A stretch of DNA of 64,000 bases from Octopus vulgaris. Lineage: Eukaryota. Positions 1 through 12,608 of the stretch are shown one piece after another. Position 1 is the stretch's first letter. Every line of letters begins with the position of its first letter. Below the pieces are notes generated by a model. It did not search any database. It worked only from the letters and a program-made list of their open reading frames with translations, and was not told where the DNA came from. Both the position numbers and the translations under genes were made by a program. The stretch covers positions 40,858,001 to 40,922,000 of the forward strand of contig OX597815.1 of NCBI GenBank assembly GCA_951406725.2, written 5' to 3'.

Positions 1-35
1 ACAATAAAAAGTAAAAACAGTAAAAGACAGGACAA

Positions 36-103
<68 letters not shown>

Positions 104-840
104 ATGTGTGTGTGTATGGATGTATATGTATGTATCCCCCCCCAACAGTCATGCATGTCAATTATCTGGCATCATATGGTGAATGAAAAATTAGATGTAG
201 ACATAAGTTAAATTACTTATATAATAAGTTTAGCTAATTTGTGTATATATATAAACTCTATTTTATGTTACTAATTGTTGTAGTTATAATTTGTAGTAGT
301 AGAATGTGTATAAATTAGTATGAGATTATATAGTGTATATTACATAATTAGAATAAGATTAACTAAGATGTTTATAAAACAAATTAATTAATGAAAATAG
401 ATTAAATTATAGAAATTTAGCTTCATTTATGCATATTATGTATTTTATGTATTTTAGTTTTAAATTATTTAGACTTTAAAATTTTCCAGTAAATGGTATA
501 TTACAGTTAATTTTTTCTCTTATTCTCACAGCTAAAATACATTTTGTCATTTTTACATAGCTTTAATACATATTTCTATCTATTTATTCTATAATTTTTA
601 TTTACGCCATGTTTTCACGTTATAAATTTCTTATAAACGCTAAGTTCTATGTATTACATTTAAAATTTTAGTTAACAGAAATTCTTCAAAAAGTTATGAT
701 TTTATTTTAAGTAATATTGTTAAATTTTATTTGATTATTTATTGTCAAAACACGCATTTTTCTATATTTTTGTGTTAATTATTATAAGTTAAGATACGTA
801 CATTTATTTTATTATTTTTATTATCATTATTATTATTTTA

Positions 841-961
841 GATCTGATGAGTGACTATATTTTTAAAAAGAATTAATTTTAGATCAATTTAATTTTAAAT
901 CGAATTGATTTTATTATTATTATTATCTATTTGAAGACATAGCTATGAGATGCGCATAGTC
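841..961 (+). ncRNA. Degenerate type-I hammerhead ribozyme
   Basis: gat-CTGATGA-gtgactat...atagctat-GAGA-tgcgca-TA-gtc. GAAA is mutated to GAGA and stem III is palindromic. Same family as the motif at 30766. Confidence 0.55.
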
Positions 962-1193
962 AATTTACTAATTATTGTTTATGTACGTTATTGATTTTTA
1001 GAATAATGTTTTTTATAGTATATTTAATTTTTTCTATATGGTGTGAATAATGTCTTTCAATATTGAATTGCTTAATAGAGGGTTTTCTGTAAATTATATA
1101 CATATATTATATATTGTGAAATTTGATTTAGAATTGCTAATTGAATTTTTCCCCGTAAGTTTGGAATTATATTCCCTGGTATTATTATCATAT

Positions 1194-1920
1194 AAACTAC
1201 CTTTAACAGGTAATTTTAACACACTAAAAGAAGTGGTCAAAACGACCAAAACCACATTTAAGAGCAATTTTCGAAGGGAATGAAAAATAAAAACTAAAAA
1301 AAGTTAAAAAATTACCTGTTAAAGGTAGTTTTCTCTTCTGCTTAAATGTACACTATTTTATATTGAGAATATGTTGTCTATTGACTTTTTATACATCCTA
1401 TGCCACTGGTGGTGAAATTTCTAAAAATATTTGCCACTCTATATATTTTATGAATATGATTTCAGCATTTCGAAGATCTGTTCGGCTTTTTTCATTTACT
1501 GCCGACTGAAACTGTGCTTGCGCGGTGAATTTTGAAAAAATTATAACATATAATGATGAGACATGTGTTATTTGTCTCTAATTTATATGTTAATTGTTAT
1601 GGAACGGTTACTGATGAGGATTCGCCTAGCAAATTATTTTATTTGCTAAAGAAATCTGAAATCTAGGTATAACCGTAAAAAAATAACAAGGTAAAAGATT
1701 TTATTTTTCATTCCCTTCGAAAATTGCTCTTAAATGTTGTTTTGGTCATTTTGATTGCTTCTTCTAGCTTATAAAAATTGCCTGTTAAAGGTAGTTTTCT
1801 CTTGTGTTTAAATGTACACTATTTTATATTGAAAATATGTTGTCTATTGACTTTTTATACATGCCAGGCCACTGGTGGTTAAATTTCTAAAAATATTTGC
1901 CACCCTATATATTTTACTGA
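1194..1920 (+). mobile_element. HHR-bearing partial tandem repeat (~466-bp period) with inverted 5' segment, Penelope-like pseudo-LTR type
   Basis: 1305-1450 is repeated directly at ~1773-1918, and 1194-1293 is an inverted copy of ~1700-1797. It contains the HHR at 1604-1676. Confidence 0.7.
1604..1676 (+). ncRNA. Type-I hammerhead ribozyme
   Basis: acggtta-CTGATGA-ggatt...(tagcaaat/atttgcta hairpin)...aatct-GAAA-tctagg-TA-taaccgt. Stem I is a perfect 7 bp. Confidence 0.85.
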
Positions 1921-3221
1921 TCATATTATGTATATTTGTAATGGCTTTTATGTAATTCTCCTAATTATATACCCACGAGAAACTATAAAATCATATGTGT
2001 AATAGTACCTGTAACATTGCAACTTAAAAAAATATCTTCAGTTGGAATACCTCCAACTGCCCATACTTCTCCCAGACCTACTACCTCTTCTCTTAGGGTT
2101 TCCTTTATCTCTTCCCTACCTCAAATTTTAATACCGTCTCTTTAAATGTAAGTTATATATATTTCTTATCATTTTCTATAAATTCTTATTTTATTTTATT
2201 AACCCTTAAAATTGTTACTGTTCTTAGAGATTTTTCAGCTACTAGGTCTATGTGAAATGGTTATACTATATCCATATAAACATATAAATATTTGTATATG
2301 TGTATATATGCATAACCTATTAACACCTTATCCCTTATAAATTGTTATATTTCTTGTTTGTAAATAGATACTTTTTAGTTACTTAAGTCTATACGAGATG
2401 GTTATACTATATCCATATAATTGTATAAATATTTGTGTATGTGTGCACATAGAGAAATATGTGCATGTATCTGTACACATCTTTATTTCTCTGATTCTTG
2501 GTTTATAATTACTACATACATAGCATGTTTATCTTTCCAGTATTCCATAAGTAAATGCCCAGAGCAGTCTTTATCGAAACCACTGAATAAGCATACAATT
2601 AAGTACATGAATGAATATTAAACTGATTCTATGTAATCTTTCTTTTTAAGGTTGAAAATTGATATGTATATATACACATTTTACCTATTTTGGTGATATC
2701 ATTTTTGAGAATCTTAAATTTTATCTTTATACAACATAACAGTATTGTTTATAAATGATCACCCATAGTACCCCATGATAAAATTTCCTCTGTATTAACA
2801 TCATAGGTTTTATTAGTGTCTTGCCCCTTTAACTGGTAATTAACATTATGATTTAGGGTCTTCCCTTACCCAGCTTCCTTTATAGACAGTTATTTTATAC
2901 CCAATTTACTACACCTAATATCTTGATAATATTTATGACCATACCTAGCCATGGGCTGTCAACTCACTCTTGCCATGCATTCCAAATAGACACAGTCCTC
3001 TAGTTTTAGATTTAGTAGTTGATAAAAGACAAATAAATCTGAAATGAACCACAATCCTTTACAAGTTATGACCCAAGTAAGCTTCATGCTTTTCTTGGAA
3101 GTGTAGTATATTCTTAGCTACTATAGCAACAACATGAATTTCTTCCATCTTCTTGCTCTGTTAAAGTATTTGAGTAAAATTATATTAATGTGTCCAACTG
3201 ATTGAAATTCTATTTATTTGA

Positions 3222-3305
3222 GCAGCTGATGATAGCCCTGCATTTAAATTGATGTAATGATTGCATTGTTCAATTAAATAGAGCCACTTGAAATAGCCAT
3301 ACTGC
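3222..3305 (+). ncRNA. Partly degenerate type-I hammerhead ribozyme
   Basis: gcag-CTGATGA-(long imperfect stem II)-GAAA-tagcca-TA-ctgc. Stem I is a perfect 4 bp and stem III is near-palindromic. Confidence 0.6.
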
Positions 3306-3368
3306 ATCACTTACTTCTTGATATCCTGTTGCTTATTTTGTATATATTTATATATATGTATGCATATA

Positions 3369-3443
<75 letters not shown>

Positions 3444-3469
3444 GTATATATACATATCTATGTATGTGT

Positions 3470-3836
3470 AGGAGTGGCTGTGTAGTAAGTAGCTTGCTTA
3501 CCAACCACATGGTTTTGGGTTCAGTCCCACTGCGTAGCAAGTGTCTTCTACGCTAGCCTTCGGTCGACCAAAGCCTTGTGAGTGGATCTGGTAGATGGAA
3601 AACTGAAATGAGCCTGTCATCTATATATATATGTGTGTGTTTGGGTATCTGTGTTTCTCTCCTCACCATCACTTGACAACCGATGCTGGTGTATTTACGT
3701 CCCTGTAACTAAGCAGTTCGGCAAAAGAGACCGATAGAATAAGTTCTAGGCTTACAAAGAATAAGTTCTTGTTTGACTAAAAGCAGTGGTCCAGCATGGC
3801 CACAGTCAAATGACTGAAACAAATAAATAAAAGAAT
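3470..3836 (+). mobile_element. tRNA-headed SINE (family 1)
   Basis: A-box-like TGGCTGTGTAG and B-box-like GGTTCAGTCC, an internal microsatellite and a 3' CCAGCATGGCC...GACTGAAAC tail. Several copies occur in the window. Confidence 0.8.
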
Positions 3837-3890
3837 ATAAAGGAGGTGAGGACCGAAATCCTTATACCTCATTTACTGTATATATATATG

Positions 3891-3932
<42 letters not shown>

Positions 3933-3999
3933 ATCATCATCATATATATATCTATGTAAGTATGTGTGTATATATATGTATTAAGGTGTTGGTTGCCAG

Positions 4000-6900
4000 T
4001 GTAACAGTTTGCATTATGATATGTGTTGGAGTTGGAAGTTAGCGATTGTATTGGGTGTTGCTGTTGCAGATGGAAGAAGAACAGTGATTGAAGTTGTAAA
4101 GAAATATTTATTTATCGTTACTTGATATAGTGCCATACCTCAACAAGCGGGTGTGGGATATAATATAAGTGGTAGGGTATGTGAGATAAAGGAAGTTAAC
4201 TTCTTGTATAGTTGGTGTTTGTGTTCTCTTCGCTGTGTAGTAGTAACCTACATATAGAGATAGAGTAAATTTCTAGAGAAAAGAATGTGAGCCAGTGAGA
4301 GTGAGAGAGTTGAGGGAAGTTGTGTCTCATAGCTACTGATTCTAACTTTCTTTCTCCTTCTGGCTGTTTGTCTTTAGTGGCTGTCTGCTTGTGGCCATGA
4401 CTCTAGTTGTCCGTTCACTAACTTTTGCTCTCACTAACTGATTTTGCCTCACCAAATTCTAGTATTTATAACTATCCAAAACCAGCTAGAAGGATAGACA
4501 TGTTGTTGAGAACAATAGATTTTGTTGGAGGTCTGTTATCTCTATTCTAGCTTTTGGTGGCCTACAAGAGGTGAGAAGGGTCAAGTGGTAAAGACATTAT
4601 TCTACTTAGCAAAGGCATCTGGAAAATATAACTGCTGTCCTTCACAGAGAAACTGTTGTTTTACCATGAGAAAAGTGCTGTTGAACTTTTAAGTGAAATT
4701 TGGTGATTGAGGATCAAATCCATGCCATGCCTGCATGAAGCCACTACATCACTCCCCCTCCAGAGAGGTTCCAGAAAAAGGAAATGAGTGATTGAAAGAA
4801 ATGCATGGCTGAAGAAAAATTTTGCATATCAGGAGAGAGGATCATTGAAGTGTATGCGGGACAATTTTCTGATCGGATAAGTCTGAATAGTGATGTTGCT
4901 TTGCATGCAAAAATGTGTGCAGTCAGTAACTGTGCAGTACGGAAAATGAGTTAGTGCTTGCAAGCACGTGGGGGTGTATACGTGAGTACAGGTGCACGTA
5001 TGAAAATTCACTGTAAAATAAGCCCAGGCGAGTGAGTGAGTTTATTCTCATTCCATGATATTGAAGATCTTCCTGCAGGATTGCAGTGTGTGAAATGCCT
5101 TGAAGGTTTTTCAGAAGTGAAATGTGTCTGGTACTGTTGTCATGGATAATTGCTGAAGTTAGCAAGAAAAACAGTGCAGTATGCTGGAGTGATGTGCAAG
5201 ACAGGTAATTTTCTTCATTATGTGACCAAACAGGGGTCTAACAGAAGGAAATTATGTCTAAACATGAGCGCAGGGCATGTGACCATCTGACGTGCATCAA
5301 GTAGGGAAAAGAGCTGAGCTGAGCTGGCACAGATGTGTTGAAAAACAAGGCAGTAGGCATAATAGAGGTGTGTGTGGTTGTGCAAAAGGGCTCATAGCTG
5401 AAGTAGTATGTTAATGCAGTGATAACAAATACAGTGTTGAATATGCCAATGGTTGAGGTAGTAAATGCCTTGAATGTGCAGGAGCAAAAGTGTGGCATGC
5501 TGGCACATTGTAAGGGATGAACAACTTTCTCTATGTATATGTGACCAGCCTAGGGTCTTACAGAGGCGAGTAGTGTCTGTAAGGGTGTAGGGAGCTTGAA
5601 GACAAGCGAGAAAGGCATGTTGTGCTGCATGAATGTGACAGTTTTAGCATTGTGTGGTGCAGCAAAAGAAATGAATGGTACAGAAATGAGTAAACAAAAG
5701 TTGGCAATCTTAGCTGAAAATAGTGTCCTTTGTTAAAAGTCTACTATGGAAAGTGAAAAAAAAATGTGCATGCAAAGAAAAAGAGTTGTTGAAAGTTTAT
5801 ATGAGAGTTTTATATATGTGCAAAAGTTCGCAGAAAATGCAGGGTCTGTACATCGGGATGAGATGAAAAGCATGTGTGAGCCGAAAAGGATGCATGTGTG
5901 GGCTTTTGCATTTTCTTCCAGTTAAATCAGAGTTCCATGGTTAGCGAATTCTTTGTGCATTGGCAGGGTTGCGTTGTAGTGAAGTTAATCGCAGTTTGCA
6001 TCACAGTATAGTGCTTTCTGTTGCGTGTTCTGTAAGAAGTGGAACGAAGTTGCATCTTGGTGGTAATAAAGGTTGTTATTCTTTTTCTCTAGTTTAGCAA
6101 CTGTTGAGATGAAAACTATAGTTCTTTAGTTTGAAGTCAGCAAAATGCAGCGACTTGTAGCATTAGAATGTAGCACTTGTTTTTAGACAGGGTCACCAGT
6201 GTAATCGATGCCTGTTATGGTAGTTGTAACAATATATAATGGCTCTTGTCATATCAAAAGAAAGTAGTTCTTTCTAGTCAGGGTCACCAATTGTATGTGA
6301 CAGTATTGCTATTGGTTGGTTAAGGTGGAATCAGTGGTCATCAGTGTAACAGTTTGCATTATGATATATGTTGGAGTTGGCAGTTAGCAATTGTATCGGG
6401 TGTTGCTGTTGCAGATGCGCAAGATGGAAGAAGAACAGTGATCGAAGTTGTAAAGAAATATTTATTTATAGTTATTTGATATAGTGCCATATCTCAACAA
6501 GCGGGTGTGGGATATAATATAAATGGAAGGACATGTGAGATAAAGGAAGTTCACTCCTTGTATAGTTGGTGTTTGTGTTCTCTTCGCTGTGTAGTAGTAA
6601 CCTACATATAGAGATGGGGTAAAGTTCTAGAGAAAAGAATGTGAGCCAGTGAGAGTGAGAGAGTTGAGGGAAGTTGTGTCTCATAGCTACTGATTCTAAC
6701 TTTCTTTCTCCTTCTGGCTGTTTGTCTTTAGTGGCTGCCTGCTTGTGGCCATGACTCTAGTTGTCCATTCACTAACTTTTGCTCTCACTAACTGATTTTG
6801 CCTCACCAAATTCTAGTATTTATAACTATCCAAAACCATCTAGAAGGATAGACATGTTGTTGAGAACAATAGATTTCGTTGGAAGTCTGTTATCTCTAGT

Positions 6901-7102
6901 CTAGCTTTTGGTGGCCTAGAAGAGGTTAGAAGGGTCAAGTGGCAAAGACATTATTCTGCTTGGCGAAGGCATCTGGCAAATGTAACTGCTGTCACTCACA
7001 GAAAAACTGTTGTTTTATCATGAGAAAAGTGCTGTTGAACTGTTACATGAAATTTGGTGATTGAGAATTAAATTCACACTATGCCTGCATGAAGCCACTA
7101 TA
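4000..7102 (-). mobile_element. Non-autonomous LTR retroelement (two ~750-bp LTRs, ~1.5-kb non-coding interior)
   Basis: Direct repeats lie at 4000-4748 and 6345-7102, with TGTA...TACA ends. A polypurine tract GAGGGGGAGTGA (minus, 4749-4760) abuts the 3' LTR. PBS-like TGGTGACCC occurs at 6281-6289 and 6190-6198. Confidence 0.8.
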
Positions 7103-7401
7103 TATATAGATGAAACAGAGACAACTGAAGACAACTGTTGTATGTCTTGCTTCTTTGTTTTTTTTTTTCGTTGTTTGAAAAAAGTTCATTTCTATGTTTT
7201 TGCTTTTATGTTTTCGTTTCTCATTGTGTTCAATGTTTTTTTTGATGTCCTGTACCCATATATGCATGTATATATACATATATATGTAGGTATGTACTTA
7301 TATGTATGTATATATTTATATATATTATATATATATATGTATATTTATGTATATATATGTATGTATATATGCATATATATATGTGTGTGTGTGTGCATGT
7401 G

Positions 7402-7448
<47 letters not shown>

Positions 7449-7914
7449 GTATATATACATATATGTGTGTAGAAAGAAGACTCGTATATATGTGTATATT
7501 TGTGTGTGTGTGTGTTTGTACCCCCACCATTGCTGGACAACTGATATTGCTGTGTTTATGCTCCCATAACTTAGTGGTTTGGCAAAAGACACTGATAGAG
7601 TAAGTACTAGGCTTACAAATCCTGTGGTCGATTTTTTCGACCAAAGGCAGTGCTCCTGCATAGTCGCAGTTACACAACTGAAACTAAAACACTAAAAAAA
7701 TTATGCCATTTTAATCCCGAGCAAAGCCGAGTATCTCTGCTAATTTATATATAAAATATTGAAATTAGCCGTCATTTTTGATGGCATGGTGCCAGCTAGT
7801 ATGTTTAATAATTAATGTTATAAAGTTTAATAACAGGTTGAAATTTCACCCCTCTCCCAATTTTAAACTTTGAACTTTTTCATCCATTTATTTATTTGTC
7901 TGCCTATTCGTTTA

Positions 7915-8414
7915 CAGTGATCCCTCATTTATCGCGGTAGATTGGTTCCGAGAATGGCCGCGCTAACTGAATTTCTGCGAAGTAGGGACACCATATTTAC
8001 AGTACTTATTTAACGTGTATTTGGACTTTTAAAACCCTCCCTGTACTGTTAACAACCCACCCATTACAATAGTCTATTAATAACAAGGACAACTGTTAAG
8101 CAATAACACTTTAAATTTTAAAAAATAAAGATTGTTACCGTTACACAGGCCAGATTACAAAATACAAAGCTGTGGTTCGTTGTCTCTTTCCATTGCACCA
8201 ATCACAGCCCGTCTTAAGTTCAAATACCTCTGTATATGCTTTTTTGCTATTTTACTCTGGTTTTGTTGTTTCTAGGAAATAATATTTATTATTAATATTT
8301 TAATAGATTTAATGAAAAATGTTAGGTGTTCATAAATATATATATATATATTTTTAAAATCCGTGAAGTCATGAATCCGTGGTAGTTGAACTGTGAAGTA
8401 GCGAGGGATCATTG
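7915..8414. mobile_element. Tc1/mariner-type MITE (500 bp)
   Basis: TIRs CAGTGATCCCTC / GAGGGATCATTG, flanked by TA on both sides. Confidence 0.8.
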
Positions 8415-8442
8415 TATTCATATCTATCAATCTATCTATCTA

Positions 8443-8488
<46 letters not shown>

Positions 8489-9000
8489 CTGAAGTGGGTG
8501 GTGGTGAAAGTTGAAAAATTAAAAATTTTAGGAAAGGGAAGGTTGAGTTGGGGATTTTAAATTTGGAAAAGGCGGTTTTAAAAAAATTTCGAAAAAAGTT
8601 CAAAATTCTAAATTAAGGGTGACGGGGCGGGATTTGAAAACATGTTTTATATTTTTGTATATTTGTAATCACCGACATCTAAAACGTAGGAAACCGAAAA
8701 AAAACTTCAAAAAAAAATATTGTATAAAAGATCATGGGTAAGGCCAAAAACAATGCGAAATAAATGTAAGGTAAATCACAAGAAAACAAATATGTGAATT
8801 AATGTAGAATGCATTTTCAAGGTGAGGAGTGATTCTGGGAAAGACTTCTGCTCATCCCCACCTATTTTCACCCAAATTTGTTTATTTTTGTAATTTTTTT
8901 TTGCCAAAAATTCCCGTTTTGGGATATGGAGGTTCCGGAAAATTGTCAAAAATCGGCATTGTGAAATTTTTTCCTCCTTTTTCCCTAACTTCTTCAATTT

Positions 9001-9210
9001 TGACTTTTTTTCCCCAACACTAACCCTAAAACCCTAACCCTAACCGTGAGTACAGAAATGTTTTGAAATTTTTGTCTGAATCATGATATTGACTTTTTTC
9101 CCCAACACTAACCCTAAAACCCTAACCCTAACCCTAAAACCCCAAAACTCTAAAACCCTAATCCTAACCGTAAGTACAGAAATGTTTTGAAATTTTTGTC
9201 CGAATCATGA
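9001..9210 (-). repeat. Duplicated ~90-bp unit containing telomere-like (TTAGGG)n variants
   Basis: ccctaaaaccctaaccctaacc runs occur twice with duplicated flanks. Confidence 0.7.
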
Positions 9211-9300
9211 TTTTCTGCATATCTAGAAAAAAAAAATTTTACAAAGATTTTTTGAAATTTTTTTTCAGAATCATAATCTCCGTATTTTTCCGCATATTAA

Positions 9301-9451
9301 AAGTGGTTGTGTGGTAAGTAGCTTGCTAACCAACCACATGGTTCCAGGTTCAGTGTCTTGGGCAAGTGTCTTCTACTATAGCCTCGGGTCGACCAAAGCT
9401 TTGTGAGTGGATTTGGTAGACGGAAACTGTAAGAAGCCTGTCGTATATATT

Positions 9452-9482
<31 letters not shown>

Positions 9483-9705
9483 ATGTGTTTGTGTGTCTGT
9501 GTTTGTCCCTCTAGCATTGCTTGACAACCGGTGCTGGTGTGTTTACGTCCCCGTCACTTAGCGGTTCGACAAAAGAGACCGATAGAATAAGTACTGGGCT
9601 TACAAAAAGAATAAGTCCCGGGGTCGAGTTGCTTGATTAGGGGCGGTGCTCCAGCATGGCCGCAGTCAAATGACCGAAACAAGTAAAAGAGTAAAGAGAG
9701 TAAAA
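9301..9705 (+). mobile_element. SINE family 1
   Basis: Homologous to 3470-3836 and 10462-10840. Confidence 0.8.
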
Positions 9706-10461
9706 AAGTTAAAAATGAAGGAAATGGGGGTGGGGTGGTAATTTAGAAATATCGATTTTTGCCTAATTTTTCGCAGATTCGTGTTCCCCGTAGCCGAAAA
9801 AAACAATTATTTTTTTTAAAGGGTGGTTGGAGGGGGGCGGAATTCTTACCCGATTCTGCATTAGCCCTGCATATTCAAAGGCACCGTGAAAACAAATCTG
9901 AGAAATCCTCGTCAAATTAAAAAAAATTACAACTTGTTGGTATTTCCGAAGTCCGACGTCCGCGAGCTTGCTTTCATCATTTAATCAGAGAAGTTGCCGA
10001 ATGGTATCCAAGAGATCGGAAATGACCACTCAGAACGCTTCGCAGACGATAGGGGTTGAAAAGAAGAGTACTGTCAAGAAAGAAAATGAATCGCTTTGTG
10101 ACCAGTGAGATATAGCAACAACCGATAGTCTGGCCGACACCGTGATGTCAAAAAGAATCTATATAAACCGGTTACATCATGCAAGCAATATTTCAATTGT
10201 AAACAAAAATCATAAAAAGGAAATTCTTCCAAATTTTAGGCGAAAAGAAGCGTGTTAACAACAACAGCTGTACAAATTGTACAAAAATGAGATGTAAAGA
10301 AACAGTAGTAAACTTACTCGACAGTACGTAGAAGTTTTTGGTACGATTTTTATTCACATTTTTGAGGAAGTGAAATCGTGTGCGTGTTGTTGTGCTTGGG
10401 AAATCCCCTTCACTATTTTTAGTTAAACGTAATATCGTCAAATACAGACACACACACACAG

Positions 10462-10840
10462 AGGCGCAGGAGTGGCTGGGTGGTAAGTAGCTTGCTTACG
10501 GGTTCAGTCCCACTGCGTGGTACCTTGGGCAAGTGTCTTCTACTATAGCCTCGGGCCGACCAAAGCCTTGTGAGTGGATTTGATAGACGAAAACTGAAAA
10601 GAGGCCTGTCGTATATATGTATGTATATATATGTGTGTGTGTGTGTTCGTGTGTCTGTGTTTGTCCACTAACATCGCTTGACAACCGATGCTGGTGTGTT
10701 TACGCCCCCGTAACTTAGCGGTTCGGCAAAAGAGACCGATAGAATAAGTACTAGGCTTACAAAAAATAAGTCGATTTGCTCGACTAAAGGCGGTGCTCCA
10801 GCATGGCCGCAGTCAAATGACTGAAACAAGTAAAAGAGTA
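10462..10840 (+). mobile_element. SINE family 1 (near full length)
   Basis: GGCGCAGGAGTGGCTG head, GGTTCAGTCC B-box, CCTTGGGCAAG motif and the shared 3' tail. Confidence 0.85.
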
Positions 10841-10959
10841 ATATATATATATATAGACATACATACACATACACATAATATATACATACCAGAGTAATCA
10901 CATACATGCGAAACAAGGTGGGGGGATAGTACTCGTATACCAGAGGTATAGTAATATGC

Positions 10960-11113
10960 TTTATTTAAAAGCAGTAGAAATATAACAAAAAGCTGTTACT
11001 CAGAGTTTCACATTCCCGGTCGTCGGACAATTTCTAAACAAAACTGTCCGACGAACGGGAACGTGAAAATCTGAGTAACAGCTTTTTGTATTATTTCTGC
11101 TGCTTTTTAATAA
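10960..11113. ncRNA. Palindrome carrying two divergently oriented minimal hammerheads with CCGACGA (U4C) core
   Basis: Plus 11044-11081: ctgt-CCGACGA-acg-ggaa-cgt-GAAA-atctgag-TA-acag. Minus 10993-11030: ttgt-CCGACGA-ccgggaatgt-GAAA-ctctgag-TA-acag. Confidence 0.7.
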
Positions 11114-11132
11114 TACATATACACACACACAC

Positions 11133-11165
<33 letters not shown>

Positions 11166-11169
11166 AAGG

Positions 11170-11315
11170 AATGACCACTAAAGTGGACACCTAATGTGCT
11201 AAACATAGACGTCAAATCGCCATTACCACGAATTTTTCTTGAGAACACACTCTTCGTGGTAATGGCGATTTGACGTCTATGTTTAGCATATTAGGTGTCC
11301 ACTTTAGTGGTCATT
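11170..11315. repeat. 63-bp inverted repeat (20-nt loop)
   Basis: Arms 11170-11232 and 11253-11315 pair fully except for one G-T. Confidence 0.9.
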
Positions 11316-11584
11316 ATTCTTTATTTTGTATGTAACACAATTTTTAATTTTCGGATTTTTAAAAATATGCTAAGCCACTGGTTTTAATTAATTAATATCA
11401 ATTTCTACCCTTATTATTAAGGACATAATGTGCCTACCCGCTGGAAATAACAGTCAAAACTCTTATTTAAATGGGGCCCCCCCCCCAAAAAAAAAACACT
11501 GATTAATAATTACAGAAATCAGCCGTTCGTTTGCAAATTATTTTTCGTGAATTGTTTGCTCCGTATTGAAATTATATATATATA

Positions 11585-12074
11585 CTAGCAGTATCGCCCG
11601 GCGTTGCTCGGGTTTGTAAGGGAAATAACTATATAAGCATTTTAGAGTTACTTCCTTATAGATGCCAATTCGGGCTTTCTTAGCCATTTCTGTTTTGGTG
11701 TCTTCAAGCCACGAAGTCGTGGTTCTAAAAGAACGCTGGTCTCCTTGACAACGCTTTACGACGTTGATTTCCTTACACTCCCTTCCCCACAGCTTCACGA
11801 GGGAGGAAGAAGGGGGAGAGGCAAACAGGTGCAGGTGTGACCATGGACGCCAACTCCGCCGCCATCGACACACGAAAAATTATGCATTAAAATGGAATAA
11901 AAAATGATGTTAAATTATTTTTAAAATCGTAGACTCATCGTAGACGCGCGCTAATACTCAGACAGGCTCGATATGAATCACGACTATAAGATATCCGAAT
12001 TTGGTTAAACTGCACCGCAAAATGTGGGAGTAGTTAGGAATCTAAATCGAAGGGGACAGACACTCACACAACTA
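11585..12074 (-). mobile_element. Non-autonomous Helitron
   Basis: 3' hairpin CCCGAGCAACGCCGGG followed by CTAG on the minus strand. Homologous to 13208-13737. Confidence 0.8.
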
Positions 12075-12075
12075 C

Positions 12076-12555
12076 ATATATAAAACTGTAGTTGTGTGAG
12101 TGTCTGTCCCCTTCGATTTAGATTCTAACTACTCCCACATTTTGCGGTGCAGTTTAACCAAATTCGGGTATCTTATAGTCGTGATTCATATCGAGCCCGT
12201 CTATGATGAGTCTACGATTTTAAAAATAATTTAACATCATTTTTATTCCATTTTAATGCATAATTTTTCGTGTGTCGATGGCGGCGGAGTTGGCGTCCAT
12301 GGTCACACCTGCACCTGTTTGCTTCTCCCCCTTCTTCCTCCCTCGTGAAGCTGTGGGGAAGGGAGTGTAAGGAAATCAACGTCGTAAAGCGTTGTCAAGG
12401 AGACCAGCGTTCTTTTAGAACCACGACTTCGTGGCTTGAAGACACCAAAACAGAAATGGCTAAGAAAGCCCGAATTGGCATCTATAAGGGAAGTAACTCT
12501 CTAAAAATGCTTATATAGTTATTTCCCTTACAAACCCGAGCAACGCCGGGCGATA

Positions 12556-12558
<3 letters not shown>
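12076..12558 (+). mobile_element. Non-autonomous Helitron, head-to-head with the previous copy
   Basis: Near-identical inverted copy of 11585-12074. The terminal CTAG is lost at the (TA)n tract. Confidence 0.8.

Positions 12559-12607
<49 letters not shown>

Positions 12608-12608
<1 letters not shown>

Noticed and set aside
2205-2425. ~140-bp duplication with GAAA-tggtta-TA resembling an HHR 3' half
   Set aside because: No matching CUGANGA half or stem I was found.
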